From: Rhynchopus sp. YZ270_cl-10
Taxonomy: Eukaryota
Assembly (NCBI GenBank): GCA_964035575.1
Contig: OZ037833.1
Coordinates: 1,302,001 to 1,366,000, forward strand
Direction of reading: 5' to 3'
Length of the DNA: 64,000 nucleotides
The position numbers and the translations under genes are program-made. Position 1 is the first letter of the stretch. Each line of letters opens with the position of its first letter. Below are positions 31,154 through 42,432 of this stretch, one piece after another. Under the pieces are notes generated by a model. It did not search any database. It was not told the origin of the DNA and saw nothing but the letters and a program-made list of their open reading frames with translations.

Positions 31154-33454
31154 ATGAAGGCTGGTGTGGTTGTGTGTGCACTGCTGCTGCATGTGGCAGT
31201 GGTGGGTGCACAGCGGCCCTGCGACCGGCCCGCCACACAGACGGAGCCGTGTGTGGGTGCTGCTGATGGTGCGGCATGCAGCTTTGTGAGTGCGAACTCA
31301 GGGCAGACGGTGTGCGGTGTGTGTGCAGGGACGAACCGTTGCCCAGACCTGTGCGTGGGGGACGGGAGCACGGGGTGCGGCGATGTGGAGACGACGTCGG
31401 CACCCGAGACAGATGTACCTGAGACAGACGTGCCAGAGACAGACATGCCTGAGACAGCAGTGCCTGAGACAGACATGCCCGAGACAGATGTACCTGAGAC
31501 AGACGTGCCTGAGGGTGAGGGTGCAGGCACGCCCGTAGAGGAGGCAGACCTGACCTGCACAGACGCACCACTGAATGGGAACTCGCTGCTTGAGCCCTGC
31601 ATGGACACACACATTGTGCCGTCGCTGATTGCACCCACATTTGCGCACCAGACCACACTCACATCGACGGCAGGACGTCTGGAGGTGACGCTGACTGTGG
31701 AGCAGCACCAGCTCGACGCAGGCGCATTCAAGAAGAACGTGCGTGCCTTCTGCTACGAGGGGGCGTGCTCTGTGCCCGGGCCGACGCTGCGTGTGTTCCC
31801 CGGGGACACTGTGGTGCTGACGCTTGTGAACAACCTGCTGGACGTGGAGCCCGAGCAGGAGACGTCGGACGGGGAGGGGCTGAACGCGATGCGTCAGGCG
31901 AACATCACAAACATGCACACACACGGCCTACACGTCGACCCTTCTGCGGACAACGTGATCATCGGTGTGGCGCCTGGGGGTGGGTCGAAGACGTACACGT
32001 ACGTGATCCCTGCGAACCACCTGCCCGGAACACACTGGTACCACTCGCACCACCACGGGTCGAGCTCGCTGCAGGTGCAGGGAGGCATGGTGGGGATGAT
32101 TGTGGTGGACGTGCCGGACTTTGAGGAGTCGCCGCCGACGGAGGTGGAGACGTTTGCGACGGAGTCTGCACGCACGCAGTGGGCAGGGATGCCTGTGTCG
32201 CGCATGTCGATCTCGCATCACGCGCTGTGCTCGTGCAACCCAACCGGGGCGGGGTTCAGCCTGCGCAGCTACTCGACGCTGCGGGAGGTGACTGGCGACA
32301 ACATCCCACTTGGAGCTGAGCTGGTGGAGAACTCGGACGGGACGCAGACGCAGCAGGTGCTGCTTGTGAACGGGCAGCGCCAGCCTGTGCGCGAGATGCG
32401 TGTCGGTGTGTGGAACCGGTTTGAGCTTCTGAACGCGGTGGGGGACGTGTACTTGGAGGTTGAGCTGCGGACGGCTGTGGCGCTTGGGGGCGGTGGGGCG
32501 ACTGCGTGCGAGATGATGCTGCTGTCGCTGGACGGTGTGTTCCCGCACAGCGGTGCACGGTCGATCTCGCACGTGCTGATGATGCCCGCGACCCGTGCAG
32601 GCATTGCGGTGCGCTGCAGCACTGCAGGTGAGTTCTACCTGCAGAGCAACCCGACGGAGCGTGCGTCTGCGTACGACGTTGCCTTCCTGCAGAACCTCGT
32701 CACGCTGGTTGTGAGTGCAGACGGCGGGGATGACGGGACCACGGACGCACCTGTGCTTGCAGAGGCAGACGTGAACCGCCCGAACTACCTGCAGAACATG
32801 CTGGACACGACGCCTGTGTCGGAGTGGCACATGGCCACACGCCTGGCAGGCGCCACCGTTGAGGGCGGCTCCAACTGGCTCGGTGTCGGCGCAGACTGCG
32901 CCACCTCCACCGACGACTGCCCGTTCCTTGCGTTTGGCTACCCCGAGTCTGACGACTCGTCGCGCCACCTGGAGAACTTCCACTACCGCCACGTCGGACG
33001 TCTGTGCGACGTGGAGGACGTTGTCATCAGCGGGGGTGGGGCCTCGCCGCACCCGATCCACTTCCACGTGAACCACTTCCAGGTAGCGTCCTATTCTGGG
33101 AACCCAGCGACGCTTGCGGACTGGGGTGAGGTGGGCGACTGGCGCGACACCATGCCTTCCCTGGGTGGGCAGCTGCGCCTGCGCCACGCACTTGACGAGC
33201 ACGGCGGGAACGTGATGGTGCACTGCCACTTCCTTTGGCACGAGGACACAGGGATGATGGACAGGTACTACGTCGCTGCGAACAACGCAGACGGGACAGG
33301 CAGCGTCGACCCGTGCACTGCCGACGGCACTGACTACTGCGACAACAGCGTCCCCAGCTCTGCCTTTGACGACGCCTACCCACAGGTGCATGGCTCCTGC
33401 GTGTCCTACAGGTCGGCAGCTGGCGACGCTGTCCCGCAGCCACCGACGGAGTAG
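31154..33454 (+). CDS. Secreted multicopper oxidase (laccase/CueO-like)
   Basis: All four copper motifs present: HTHG, WYHSH, HPIHFH and HCHFLWHEDTGM; signal peptide; Cys-rich N-terminus and PETD(V/M) repeats; intronless. Confidence 0.93.
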   Translation: MKAGVVVCALLLHVAVVGAQRPCDRPATQTEPCVGAADGAACSFVSANSGQTVCGVCAGTNRCPDLCVGDGSTGCGDVETTSAPETDVPETDVPETDMPETAVPETDMPETDVPETDVPEGEGAGTPVEEADLTCTDAPLNGNSLLEPCMDTHIVPSLIAPTFAHQTTLTSTAGRLEVTLTVEQHQLDAGAFKKNVRAFCYEGACSVPGPTLRVFPGDTVVLTLVNNLLDVEPEQETSDGEGLNAMRQANITNMHTHGLHVDPSADNVIIGVAPGGGSKTYTYVIPANHLPGTHWYHSHHHGSSSLQVQGGMVGMIVVDVPDFEESPPTEVETFATESARTQWAGMPVSRMSISHHALCSCNPTGAGFSLRSYSTLREVTGDNIPLGAELVENSDGTQTQQVLLVNGQRQPVREMRVGVWNRFELLNAVGDVYLEVELRTAVALGGGGATACEMMLLSLDGVFPHSGARSISHVLMMPATRAGIAVRCSTAGEFYLQSNPTERASAYDVAFLQNLVTLVVSADGGDDGTTDAPVLAEADVNRPNYLQNMLDTTPVSEWHMATRLAGATVEGGSNWLGVGADCATSTDDCPFLAFGYPESDDSSRHLENFHYRHVGRLCDVEDVVISGGGASPHPIHFHVNHFQVASYSGNPATLADWGEVGDWRDTMPSLGGQLRLRHALDEHGGNVMVHCHFLWHEDTGMMDRYYVAANNADGTGSVDPCTADGTDYCDNSVPSSAFDDAYPQVHGSCVSYRSAAGDAVPQPPTE

Positions 33455-34829
33455 AGGTGTCGCGAAGGCGGTATTATCTGACAGAGAATAGACATAAAAC
33501 GCACCAATATGTCAGCTTTCTGCTTTCACCTGACATCACTACTGCGGTGTTGGCACCGTTCACCTTTTCCCCAATTTTGTTTCTATAGGTTTTGATACGC
33601 CCACATCCTCTCACCCTTCTTCGATCTTCTTTCTTGTTTTCACTCACAAGGCCTGGTGCTGTCTGTGAGCGGCATTTTTGTTCCCATCTTTCTTGTCTGC
33701 ATATGAAACACTGAACCAACAGCAAACTTCTCTTGTACACTGCTCTTTTGTTTTATACTTAAGTGACCCATGCATGCTTCTGCAGCAGCGTCGTATGCGT
33801 AGTGTTTGTACAGAGATTGGCTTGTTTTCCCTTTGCGCTTATTGCTTTTGTTTACCCCCATCCCCCGCCCCCACCTTGCGTGTCCTTTTAGCACACACCG
33901 GTGCAAAAGGACATGCTTCAGGAACGTTGCTCTGCATCATTAGTTGATGTCTGCTGGTGGAAGAGATGTGTCGCATTTGCGTATTCTTCCCAGGCAATTC
34001 TTTTTTTCCTCTTCTGCTTGTCTTCTGTTATTCAACTCAAAACCGTATCAGCAACATGTTTGTTTGGTGCCTGTTATGTCCAAGTAGGGCTGTTTGCACC
34101 TTTCCTTCCGTTTTGGGGGGTTTGCATGGGGTTTGTTACGGTGTTTGTATTAAGAACCTTACTTTCTGTTGTCCCCTCTTTGTGGGAAAGATGCGTATGT
34201 GTGCATCAGTATTCATCTTGTCAGAATCTTTTTCTGCGTTTTTTTTCTGTTCATCTGAATTGAACGTATGGTTTTTGTTGTCCTTCTTTTGAGACAACAA
34301 AGCGAAACATCTACGACACGGTCACAACTACCTCCCCCACGACGACACTTGCATTTTTTTTGTCAAAAAATAAAAAAAAACACTAGCCTGTTTTTCTCTC
34401 CAGCAGCGGGTTCGTGGGGGGGGTCTTGGTTCTGTTGCATTGACCATCGGTTTCCTTTTTATTTGAGGTCAGGTGACTAAGCACAAAAGGCTTATGTTTA
34501 TCTTACCTTCTCTCTCTTTCACTGTTATTTTATTTGTTTATAATTATATATTGCGCCACCTGGTTTCCTTTGCACTGGGTTGTAGAACAGAGTTGCAAAG
34601 ATACTACAACAACAACAACGAACCCCTACTACCCCCCTCTTCCCTTTTCCACTCTAGAGTCTCTCTAATTCCCTAGGTTGGTAGGTTGTAGAGAGTTTTA
34701 GAGGCTTGTTTAGATGCTTTCATCCAGGTGTCATCGTATGTGGGTCAGCGGGAGGTGCCTGCATCAACTTCACTTTAGATTGCTCACTTCGCCACTCACC
34801 GTTTTAGGACACAAAACACATCACACAAA

Positions 34830-37800
34830 ATGGGAGGAAAGTTTAAGAAGCGTGGCCGTGGTGGGGGCAAGAAGGATGGGGCGAAGCAGTACGACAACAA
34901 CCCAAAGCGTGATGAGGACGCGAAGTGGAAGTACCAGAACCTTGAGCGCAAGGAGCTCGCCTCTCCAAGCCTGGATGCGTACTACGCACTGCAGACGAAG
35001 GTGACAAACCCTGAGGAGTGGGCGCAGATCCTGACTGCCTTCAAGCAGCCTCTGCCGGTCACCTTCCGTGTGAACAACAGCAACGTTCCCGAGACACAGC
35101 GCATCGTCTCGCGGATCCGCGAGCTCCGTACTGTGTGCAACCCGACGATGCCCGAGAACGCTAAGCTCAACGAGGTCGAGTGGTTCCCCGGGGATGGGAT
35201 GTGCTGGGAGACGAAGATGTCCAAGCGCGAGCTCAGCAAGGGTGCTGACGGGATGAAGACGCTGCACGAATTCCTTGTCACCGAGACAGAACGTGGCAAC
35301 CTCAGCAGGCAGGAGGTCGTCAGCATGATCCCGCCGCTCTTCCTCGACGTGCAGTCGCACCACCTTGTGCTCGACTGCTGTGCGGCACCAGGCAGCAAGA
35401 CTACACAGATCATGGAGGACCTCTCGCGGACGAGCAGTGGTGACATCACAGGCTGCCTCATCGCGAACGATATGGACCCCAAGCGCTGCGACGTGCTCGT
35501 GAAGCAGACGCATCGCCTCAGAGAGGTGTACCCGAACGCAATCATCACCAACCACAACGCTGCGCTGTTCCCCTTCCCGCATGTGATGTGCGAGCCCAAG
35601 GAGGGCGAGGCACCCAGCATGCAGCGTACACAGTTCGACCGTATCCTTGCTGACGTGGTGTGCAGCGGTGATGGTACGTTGCGCAAATCGCTTGACCTGT
35701 GGGACAGGTGGTCGCCAATCCTCGGGAACGCTGTGCACAAGCCGCAGGTTCAGATCCTCCTGCGCGCGATGGACCTCCTGAAGGAGGGCGGGCGCATCGT
35801 GTACTCGACGTGCTCGATGAACCCTGTGGAGGATGAGGCAGTTCTCAACCACTGCATGCGTACCAGCAAGCACACCTTCAAGCTGGTCGACTGCTCAGAC
35901 ATGCTGCCAGAACTCAAGCGCGAGCCCGGTGTGAACGAATGGGTGGTATGCGACAAGGAGATGACCCAGGCCTACCGCAAGTGGTCTGACGTCACCCCCG
36001 ACGACGCGAAGAAGTACAAGCTCACAGAGTCGATGTTTGCCTCTGAGGACATCGCACGCTACAACATGCAGCACTCCATGCGCTTCAAGCCACACACCCA
36101 CGACACAGGAGGCTTCTTCGTGGCGGTGCTGGAGAAGGTGACGGAGGGCTTCCCTGAGAACCTCGGCCGTATTACCACAGTGGCAACCGACGGCACAACG
36201 TGGATCGACATGGTGAAGGCGGGCGACAAACGGATAAAGTCGCAGGCCCTCGAGCACAGTATGTTCCGCACAACACCTGAGGAGAGCGAGACGATCCGCA
36301 GTGCGTTGGCGTTGACGGAAGACTTCCCTTTGGAGAACCTCTTCTGCCGGCGAACGGGGGCAGGGGCAGTGCGGAAGGCGTTTTTGTTTGCGCCACTGGC
36401 GCAGCGCATATTGGAGGCATCGAACCACAAACCTGTGGCGGGGGACTTCTGGCCTGCGATGCGTGTGGTAACAGGGGGGCTGCGTGTGGCGGAGAAGAAC
36501 TCCGGCAACATGGGGATGTTCCGTGTGTCGCAGGAGGCAACAGCAATGCTGTGCAAATACACCACAAGGAGCAAGCTTCGCGAGGTGCAGCGCCCTGTCC
36601 TGGCGTCCCTGCTCTCCGCTTCCGTGCAGCCGTGGATGTACGAGCTGGAGGAGGCCGACCCCGCACAGAAGGAGCTCATCGATGAGCTTGCAGACGGGAC
36701 CTGCACACTCAAGCTTGTAGGCTGTGGCGATGACCCGCGCAACATCATCTCCTGCGTGGTACGCAAGTTTGGTGCAAAGATCCACCTCTGGGCAGACAGA
36801 ACAGAGGTTGAGAGGCTGCGTATCGCCCTCGGCATGCCGATTGACGGTATGTAGTTTTTTCCAACGAAAACCCTTTTTTTTTTCTTTCTCCAACGCAATT
36901 ATGATTATGATTATGATTTCCGGGATTACGCTCCACGTGTGGAACGTATGGAAATCCATACGTGAATTGTTTTTGAAAAGGTAGAATCCATACGTAGGTA
37001 ATTTGGGTTTTGGATTGGGGCTGGGGTGGGGTAGGTGAGGAGTGGGGCTCCGCCCCCACCTCTCACCTACCCCCTACAGAATTCTATTTTTAGAAGACAA
37101 TTTTCTTCTATTTTACCGGAAAAGGAAGCATGCAGCATGCCGAAAGGAAAAAAAAAGTAGCGTACCGTGCGCCTGCGGCGCTAGCTTGCGATTGTACGTG
37201 TTGAAAACCCACACGTACTTTTTTTATTGTTGGGGGAGCTGCGTAATCCCTGGATTTCCCACAACAAAGCATTTTTTCCATTCATGAAGCCCTTTGTCGT
37301 CCCGACACCCACACGACGTCTTCTTTCAGGACCTGCAGGCAGGTCTCTTGCTTCCATGTCATCCCGCAAGCTGTTTCTCCAATTGCGACGTCGTCATAAA
37401 TGGCCAGACTGCATCTTTCCAGCTTAGCCAGTCTCAGGAGGCACAGCGGAACGATTCCAGGTCGCTCAGCATCGGAGGGATCAGAACCTCTGCTTGTGAC
37501 GTCCCGAAGCATGATGACGTAGAATATGCACCAGGGGGTCCTTGTCCTTTACTGGATTCCACTTCCGAGCGCAGAGGGTGAATACCACAAGGCAGGACTG
37601 TTTCATAGCGAACAGCTTCTCCTGGGTACGACCACCAGCAGTGCGTACAGATCTGCTACAGGAAACTTTGTCTTTGTGCGCTGCTTACCAAGCAACGCAA
37701 CACCTCTGAGAGGCTCGGTGCGCCATCACTGTCAATGACAAACCTCTCTGGACAGACTTTGCCTAAGGTGATTGAAGGCCCTGTCACAACCAGATTAAAC

Positions 37801-38840
37801 CAATACCGTAGTCGGAAAAATGTTGCAACGGAATAATGTTGTGACGCTGGAAAAAATGGCCCAGCGTTACAACATTATTCCGTTACAACATTTTTTTGGG
37901 GTTTATTTTTGTCTTAGGGATTTTTGCTGGTGCGGGGGTGGTTTTTGAAAAGAACGGGCTCAGGGTTCCTTTCACCAGGACGCGTCGTGGGGGGTCTGCG
38001 CGGGGGTCGTTCCAGTAAGCCAGCGTCCTGTTCAGGTCGCCAGCCCTGTCCCGGCAGGCTTGTCCGATCTGCCGCCGCTCCTCGAGGGAAAAAGGCTTCC
38101 CCTTTCCCGCTCGCGTGCTGCTTGCAGCGCTGACCTCATTTGCGACAGCACGAGATGTGCTGTCGTCTAGCCCCACTGCGCTTGCGGCGCTACCAGCAAG
38201 GAACGCCAGGTTGGGGGCATCTCCTCCTTCCGAAACAGGCTCGTGGGGATTGCGGCGCTTGCAGAATTGGGCTAATCCCATTTGTTTCATTTTTTATTTG
38301 GGTGAGGGGTGGGGGAGGACGTCGAAAAACCTGAAACACTAATTATCGGCTTGAAATTGGGGTGTGGTGTGTGAGGTTGGGGATTATGCCGACTGTTCCA
38401 AAAAAAATCCCTAAGACAAAGTTCACCCCAGTCATAAAAATGTTGTAACGGAATAAAGTTACAACTTCCCGCGATCCGCAGCGTTACAACATTATTCCGT
38501 TACAACATTTTTACGTTCCAACATTTTTACGTTGCAACATTTTTCCGAATACGGTATTACCCTTTTTGCTTTGGGTACACTGTCACGAGAGGGCTTTGTA
38601 TTTCAACACTGCTTTTGTATTATACACTGATGCATCCATCTACTACTTTCTCTTATCGCTTTTTGTTCTACAGATTTGCGCCAAAAGAAGAAGGAAAAGA
38701 AGCCACAGGAGGAGACAGCGGCAGCTGAGGCAGGAGAGAAGCCCGAGGACAACGTTGCAGAAGGCGAGGCAACAGCAACCGCCACCGAGACCCCTGCTGA
38801 CGACGAAGGTCCTGCGCCTAAGAAGCCACGTCTTGAGTAG
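34830..38840 (+). CDS. NSUN2: tRNA (cytosine-5)-methyltransferase NSUN2/Trm4 (2 exons)
   Basis: Motifs RQEVVSMIPP, LDCCAAPGSKT, FDRILADVVCSGDG, YSTCSMNPVEDEAV and PHTHDTGGFF. Exon 1 34830-36846, GT-AG intron, exon 2 38674-38840 ending PAPKKPRLE*. Confidence 0.93.
36922..37252 (+). mobile_element. hAT-type MITE, copy 2, in the NSUN2 intron
   Basis: Matches 17032-17684 but lacks ~320 internal bp; flanks GATTTCC / GATTTCCC; left terminus slightly deleted. Confidence 0.82.
37806..38554 (-). mobile_element. Non-autonomous Tc1/mariner-pogo-like element, copy 2, in the NSUN2 intron
   Basis: Same TA|CCGTA termini as 24412-25175 in inverted orientation; retains ORF 37883-38290, which may be a transposase N-terminus. 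Confidence 0.82.
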
Positions 38841-39850
38841 AGCCTCTGCCCCTCTCTTTGTGTCTCTCTCTCTCTCTCTCTCTCTCCTCCCAGTTTTTTC
38901 CCCCCCTCCCTCCCGAATTCTCTCAATTTGACACAAAAATTCGGGGGAAAAGGGGGATCCAAGGTTATAGGTGGGGTGAGAAAGAGGAGTGGAGATGAAG
39001 AACAGGGGGGTGGAAGGGGAGAGGAGGGGAGGGGAAAGGGGATATTTTTTTTCAGAAAAAAAAATCAAAGAAAAATCAAGCAGAAATAATTAAAAGTCAG
39101 TTTTTTTTTTTTTTGGGAGGGTTCGATGCTCCCCGGCCTCTCTACGGATGACGATAGTACAATAAATTCAAAAAAAAAATTGAGGTGGCTAAACACGAGA
39201 GCCTATAAATTTTTCTTCTTTTTTTTTTTCACCTTGTTTTGTGCAGGGATTTTCGGCAGGGTGAAAGCGTCCTGAAACTTGGTGGAGGGTTTTTGTCAAA
39301 CGCCTTTCAACAAAAAAGGGGGGAAAAGGGGGGAAGCAGAAGGAAGGATTCTAGAAAGGGTTGGGGGACATCCCCCTGTTGACGACCTTCTTAACAATAT
39401 GTGGTTCGTTTCAATCACTGTTGAAGAGAAGGAGGGAAAACGATTATCTACCCACCCACACGTTTTTCTTGGTTCTCTTTTTTTTTTTCTCTCTCTTTTT
39501 TTATACCTACAATCGTAGCTTAAAGGAGAAATAGTTCCTCCGATAACGGTCGCCAATCTGAGAGTAACTGAGCAGTAGAAGAAAAAGAACCTGGTATCCT
39601 ACCCTTCGTTTGCTTCTGATGCCTCCTCCTCTTCTTTCCCCCTTTTTTTTTATTGCATTTGTCGTTCCCTCCAATAAGCGGTTTTATCTGGGACATCTCA
39701 AAAATGAGTCCATCAATCTAACCCCCCCAAAAAAGAGCCCTCGCCCTCTACTTTCTTTTTGCTGTATCATGAGGTGAGGTGTTATTTGCCCTCCTCTTCC
39801 CCCCCTTCTCCCTTCTCCCTTTAGTCCACCCACTAAGGTGCACGGCGACG

Positions 39851-40765
39851 ATGTCGGAGGCGGTTCTGTCCCGCCTGCGCACCCGGCACACTGTGTTGTC
39901 AGAGTGCGTCGGCGACGTGAGGGCAAAGCTGTTGGGGCTGTGCAGGGACAGTGCACACCACCACCTCGACCAGCTCTCCGCCGGAGCAGCAGTGTGGACA
40001 GACACACGGACAGACCCCCTCGGGTATGCAGGTGGCACACATTGGTTCCCCCCCGCGTCGGAAGCGGAGATGCAGACACAGCTCCGAGCAGGCCACATCG
40101 GTGCTGTCCCTGAGACTGTCCTTGCAGCAAAGTGCACCGCAAAACGCCTTGAGAGCGTGCGTGCACGCTTTGCCCTGAGCACGGTTGTGCCGCAGGACAG
40201 TACACTGCCGCTTCTGCAGCAGTGTCGGCTCAGTGTTGCGCATGAGGCTGACGCGGCAGTGGTGGTCACCTTACCTCATGGGGTGCCTCAGGGTGACACT
40301 GCGTTTGGGGTCGACCTCGTGGCCATGCAACGTGTCCGTGCGATGTTTGCTGACAGCAGCAGGCGGGGTGCGTTGGCCAAGCGGGCACGGCTTCTCCCTG
40401 GGGTGGGTGGTGGTGGTGATGGTGGTAGTGGCTGTGGTGTACCAGACACCCCCGAAGCCCTCGCCGCCTGCTGGGGCGTAAAGGAGGCGCTCGCTAAGGC
40501 ACTGACACGCAACGCACTGTACTCATCCCCAACAGAGGTGACGGTGGCAGCACCAGAGGACCTGCTCACGAAGGGCAGCACCCTGGGGGTAGCGGGACGG
40601 GCCTTGGGGGATTGGAGGGCGCTGTCTGGTGGTGGCGGCGGTGGTGGTGGGGGTGAGGAGGGAACGAAGGACGGTGGTGGTAGTACCCCCTGCGGCTACG
40701 CAGCAGCCTCACTGACACACGATGCGGAACACTTAGTGGTGTTGCTGGTCCTTTCTGCGGTGTGA
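39851..40765 (+). CDS. 4'-phosphopantetheinyl transferase (AcpS-like)
   Basis: Motifs FGVDLV, LAACWGVKEALAKAL and ASLTHD. Confidence 0.8.
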   Translation: MSEAVLSRLRTRHTVLSECVGDVRAKLLGLCRDSAHHHLDQLSAGAAVWTDTRTDPLGYAGGTHWFPPASEAEMQTQLRAGHIGAVPETVLAAKCTAKRLESVRARFALSTVVPQDSTLPLLQQCRLSVAHEADAAVVVTLPHGVPQGDTAFGVDLVAMQRVRAMFADSSRRGALAKRARLLPGVGGGGDGGSGCGVPDTPEALAACWGVKEALAKALTRNALYSSPTEVTVAAPEDLLTKGSTLGVAGRALGDWRALSGGGGGGGGGEEGTKDGGGSTPCGYAAASLTHDAEHLVVLLVLSAV

Positions 40766-40858
40766 GGTGGTTGTGGGGGTGTATTTGTGTTCTAACTACG
40801 TTTTTTTTTTGAATAGGCCTACCCTGTTTTGACGCTGCTTCGTCTAAAAAATGTATCT

Positions 40859-42341
40859 GGGAGCGTCCGCGAAAGACCCCCCCCTAAAGCTAACATCCAT
40901 GCTTATTGGTATTTCACTAATTAAAATTTTGGTATTTTATAAGATTTTTTTTTACAATGAACTCAGAGTTAACATGGATGTCCAAAGTACTTGAAGTATA
41001 TCAAGTACTTGATCCCCCAAAAAACCCAATACTTGATACTTGAAGTACTTGACACCCTATTTTTTTTTCTCGTACTTTTTTACTTGGTCTCCCTCTGTCA
41101 AGTACTTTTTCCACAAAAAAAACGTTAAGTACTTGATCAAGTACAAAAAAAAAGTGGGTACTTGATCAAGTACTTGACGTTTTTTTGCGAAAACAAGTAC
41201 TTGACAGACTCTGTCAGAGGGTAAAAAAGTAAAAAAGTACGAGAAAAAAAAATAGGGTGTCAAGTACTTGATTTTTGTCAAGTACTTGATCAATCTTCAA
41301 GTACTTGACTGTCATTTTGAGAGGAAAAAAAAAGGGGGGTCAAGTACTTCAAGTGCCATAAAAAATCCGAAAAAAGTACTTCAAGTACTTTGGACATCCA
41401 TGAGTTAAGTTTCTGAGTTCATTAAAAAAAAAATCGGTGAAAAATTCCGAGTAGGTATTAATTTAGATAGGAAAAGCTATGTCAGCAGCTATGTGTCCCC
41501 TTATTTTACCTGTAAATACTAAGGATATAGGAAGGAATTCACTAATATCTGTCTCTAAACCCATTATCAAAAAGGGGGGGGAGGAAAGGGGGGTGGAGGC
41601 TTGTCGCCCCCTCCGAACACTCTAAATAGAGCGCGAAAGAGCTTCACGCTCCGGGTCGTCTGCGGCGACGTCGACTTTCTCGCAGAAAACCCCCTTTTTT
41701 GAGTGACCCTATTGACCTCCGTGATGAGTCTCTCCAAGAGTTACAGACAATTGTCCGCCTGTTCCTCCTCTTCCTCCTCCGTCTCGCTGTCACTGTCCTG
41801 AGGGTGTCGCTGATGCAACTACAGGAGTAGTAAACGGCGGACACCCCTTTTCTCCTGGTGGTTGTCTTCTGCATATGGAGGGACATATGCTTCGAGCTAC
41901 ACACCTCGCGCATCCAGCTCCTCGCGCCCCACCCTTTGCCCCCCTGCCAGTGGACCCCTGCATACACCTGCAGCTCGGCGAAGTTTTTTAGGCCTCGGAA
42001 AGGCCGGGTTTTCAGCTCCTGAGCGAATGCTTTGGCTGCTGATTACATTTCCCCCTGTTGTGTTGTTCTATGGGTGGTTATATGGGTGTTTGTGAGGATT
42101 TCCTTGTATATCCTTAGTATTTACAGGTAAAATAAGGGGACACATAGCTGTTGACATAGCTTTTCCTATCTAAATTAATACCTACTCGGAATTTTTCACC
42201 GATTTTTTTTTTAATGAACTCAGAAACTTAACTCTGAGTTCATTGTAAAAAAAAATCTTATAAAATACCAAAATTTTAATTAGTGAAATACCAATAAGCA
42301 TGGATGTTAGCTTTAGGGGGGGGTCTTTCGCGGACGCTGCC
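40859..42341. mobile_element. Element with ~245-bp terminal inverted repeats and 4-bp TSD ATCT
   Basis: GG(G/C)AGCGTCCGCGAAAGACCCC termini; arms 40859-~41541 (interrupted by a MITE) and ~42092-42341. Confidence 0.85.
40973..41402. mobile_element. MITE with TIR CATGGATGTCCAAAGTACTTGAAGTA and CAAGTACTTG motifs
   Basis: 6-bp TSD AGTTAA; the empty site is preserved in the opposite arm near 42216-42241. Confidence 0.92.
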
Positions 42342-42432
42342 ATCTTTTGTTTGGCATCTTTGCGTATTTAAAATTCCATCATATCTCCCCCACCACTCAC
42401 ACCTTTCCTTGAACAGTATAGTGTGCAACAAA

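Noticed and set aside
31928..33391. Long antisense ORFs over the MCO, NSUN2, WW and MFS genes
   Set aside because: Expected shadows of GC3-rich coding sequence.
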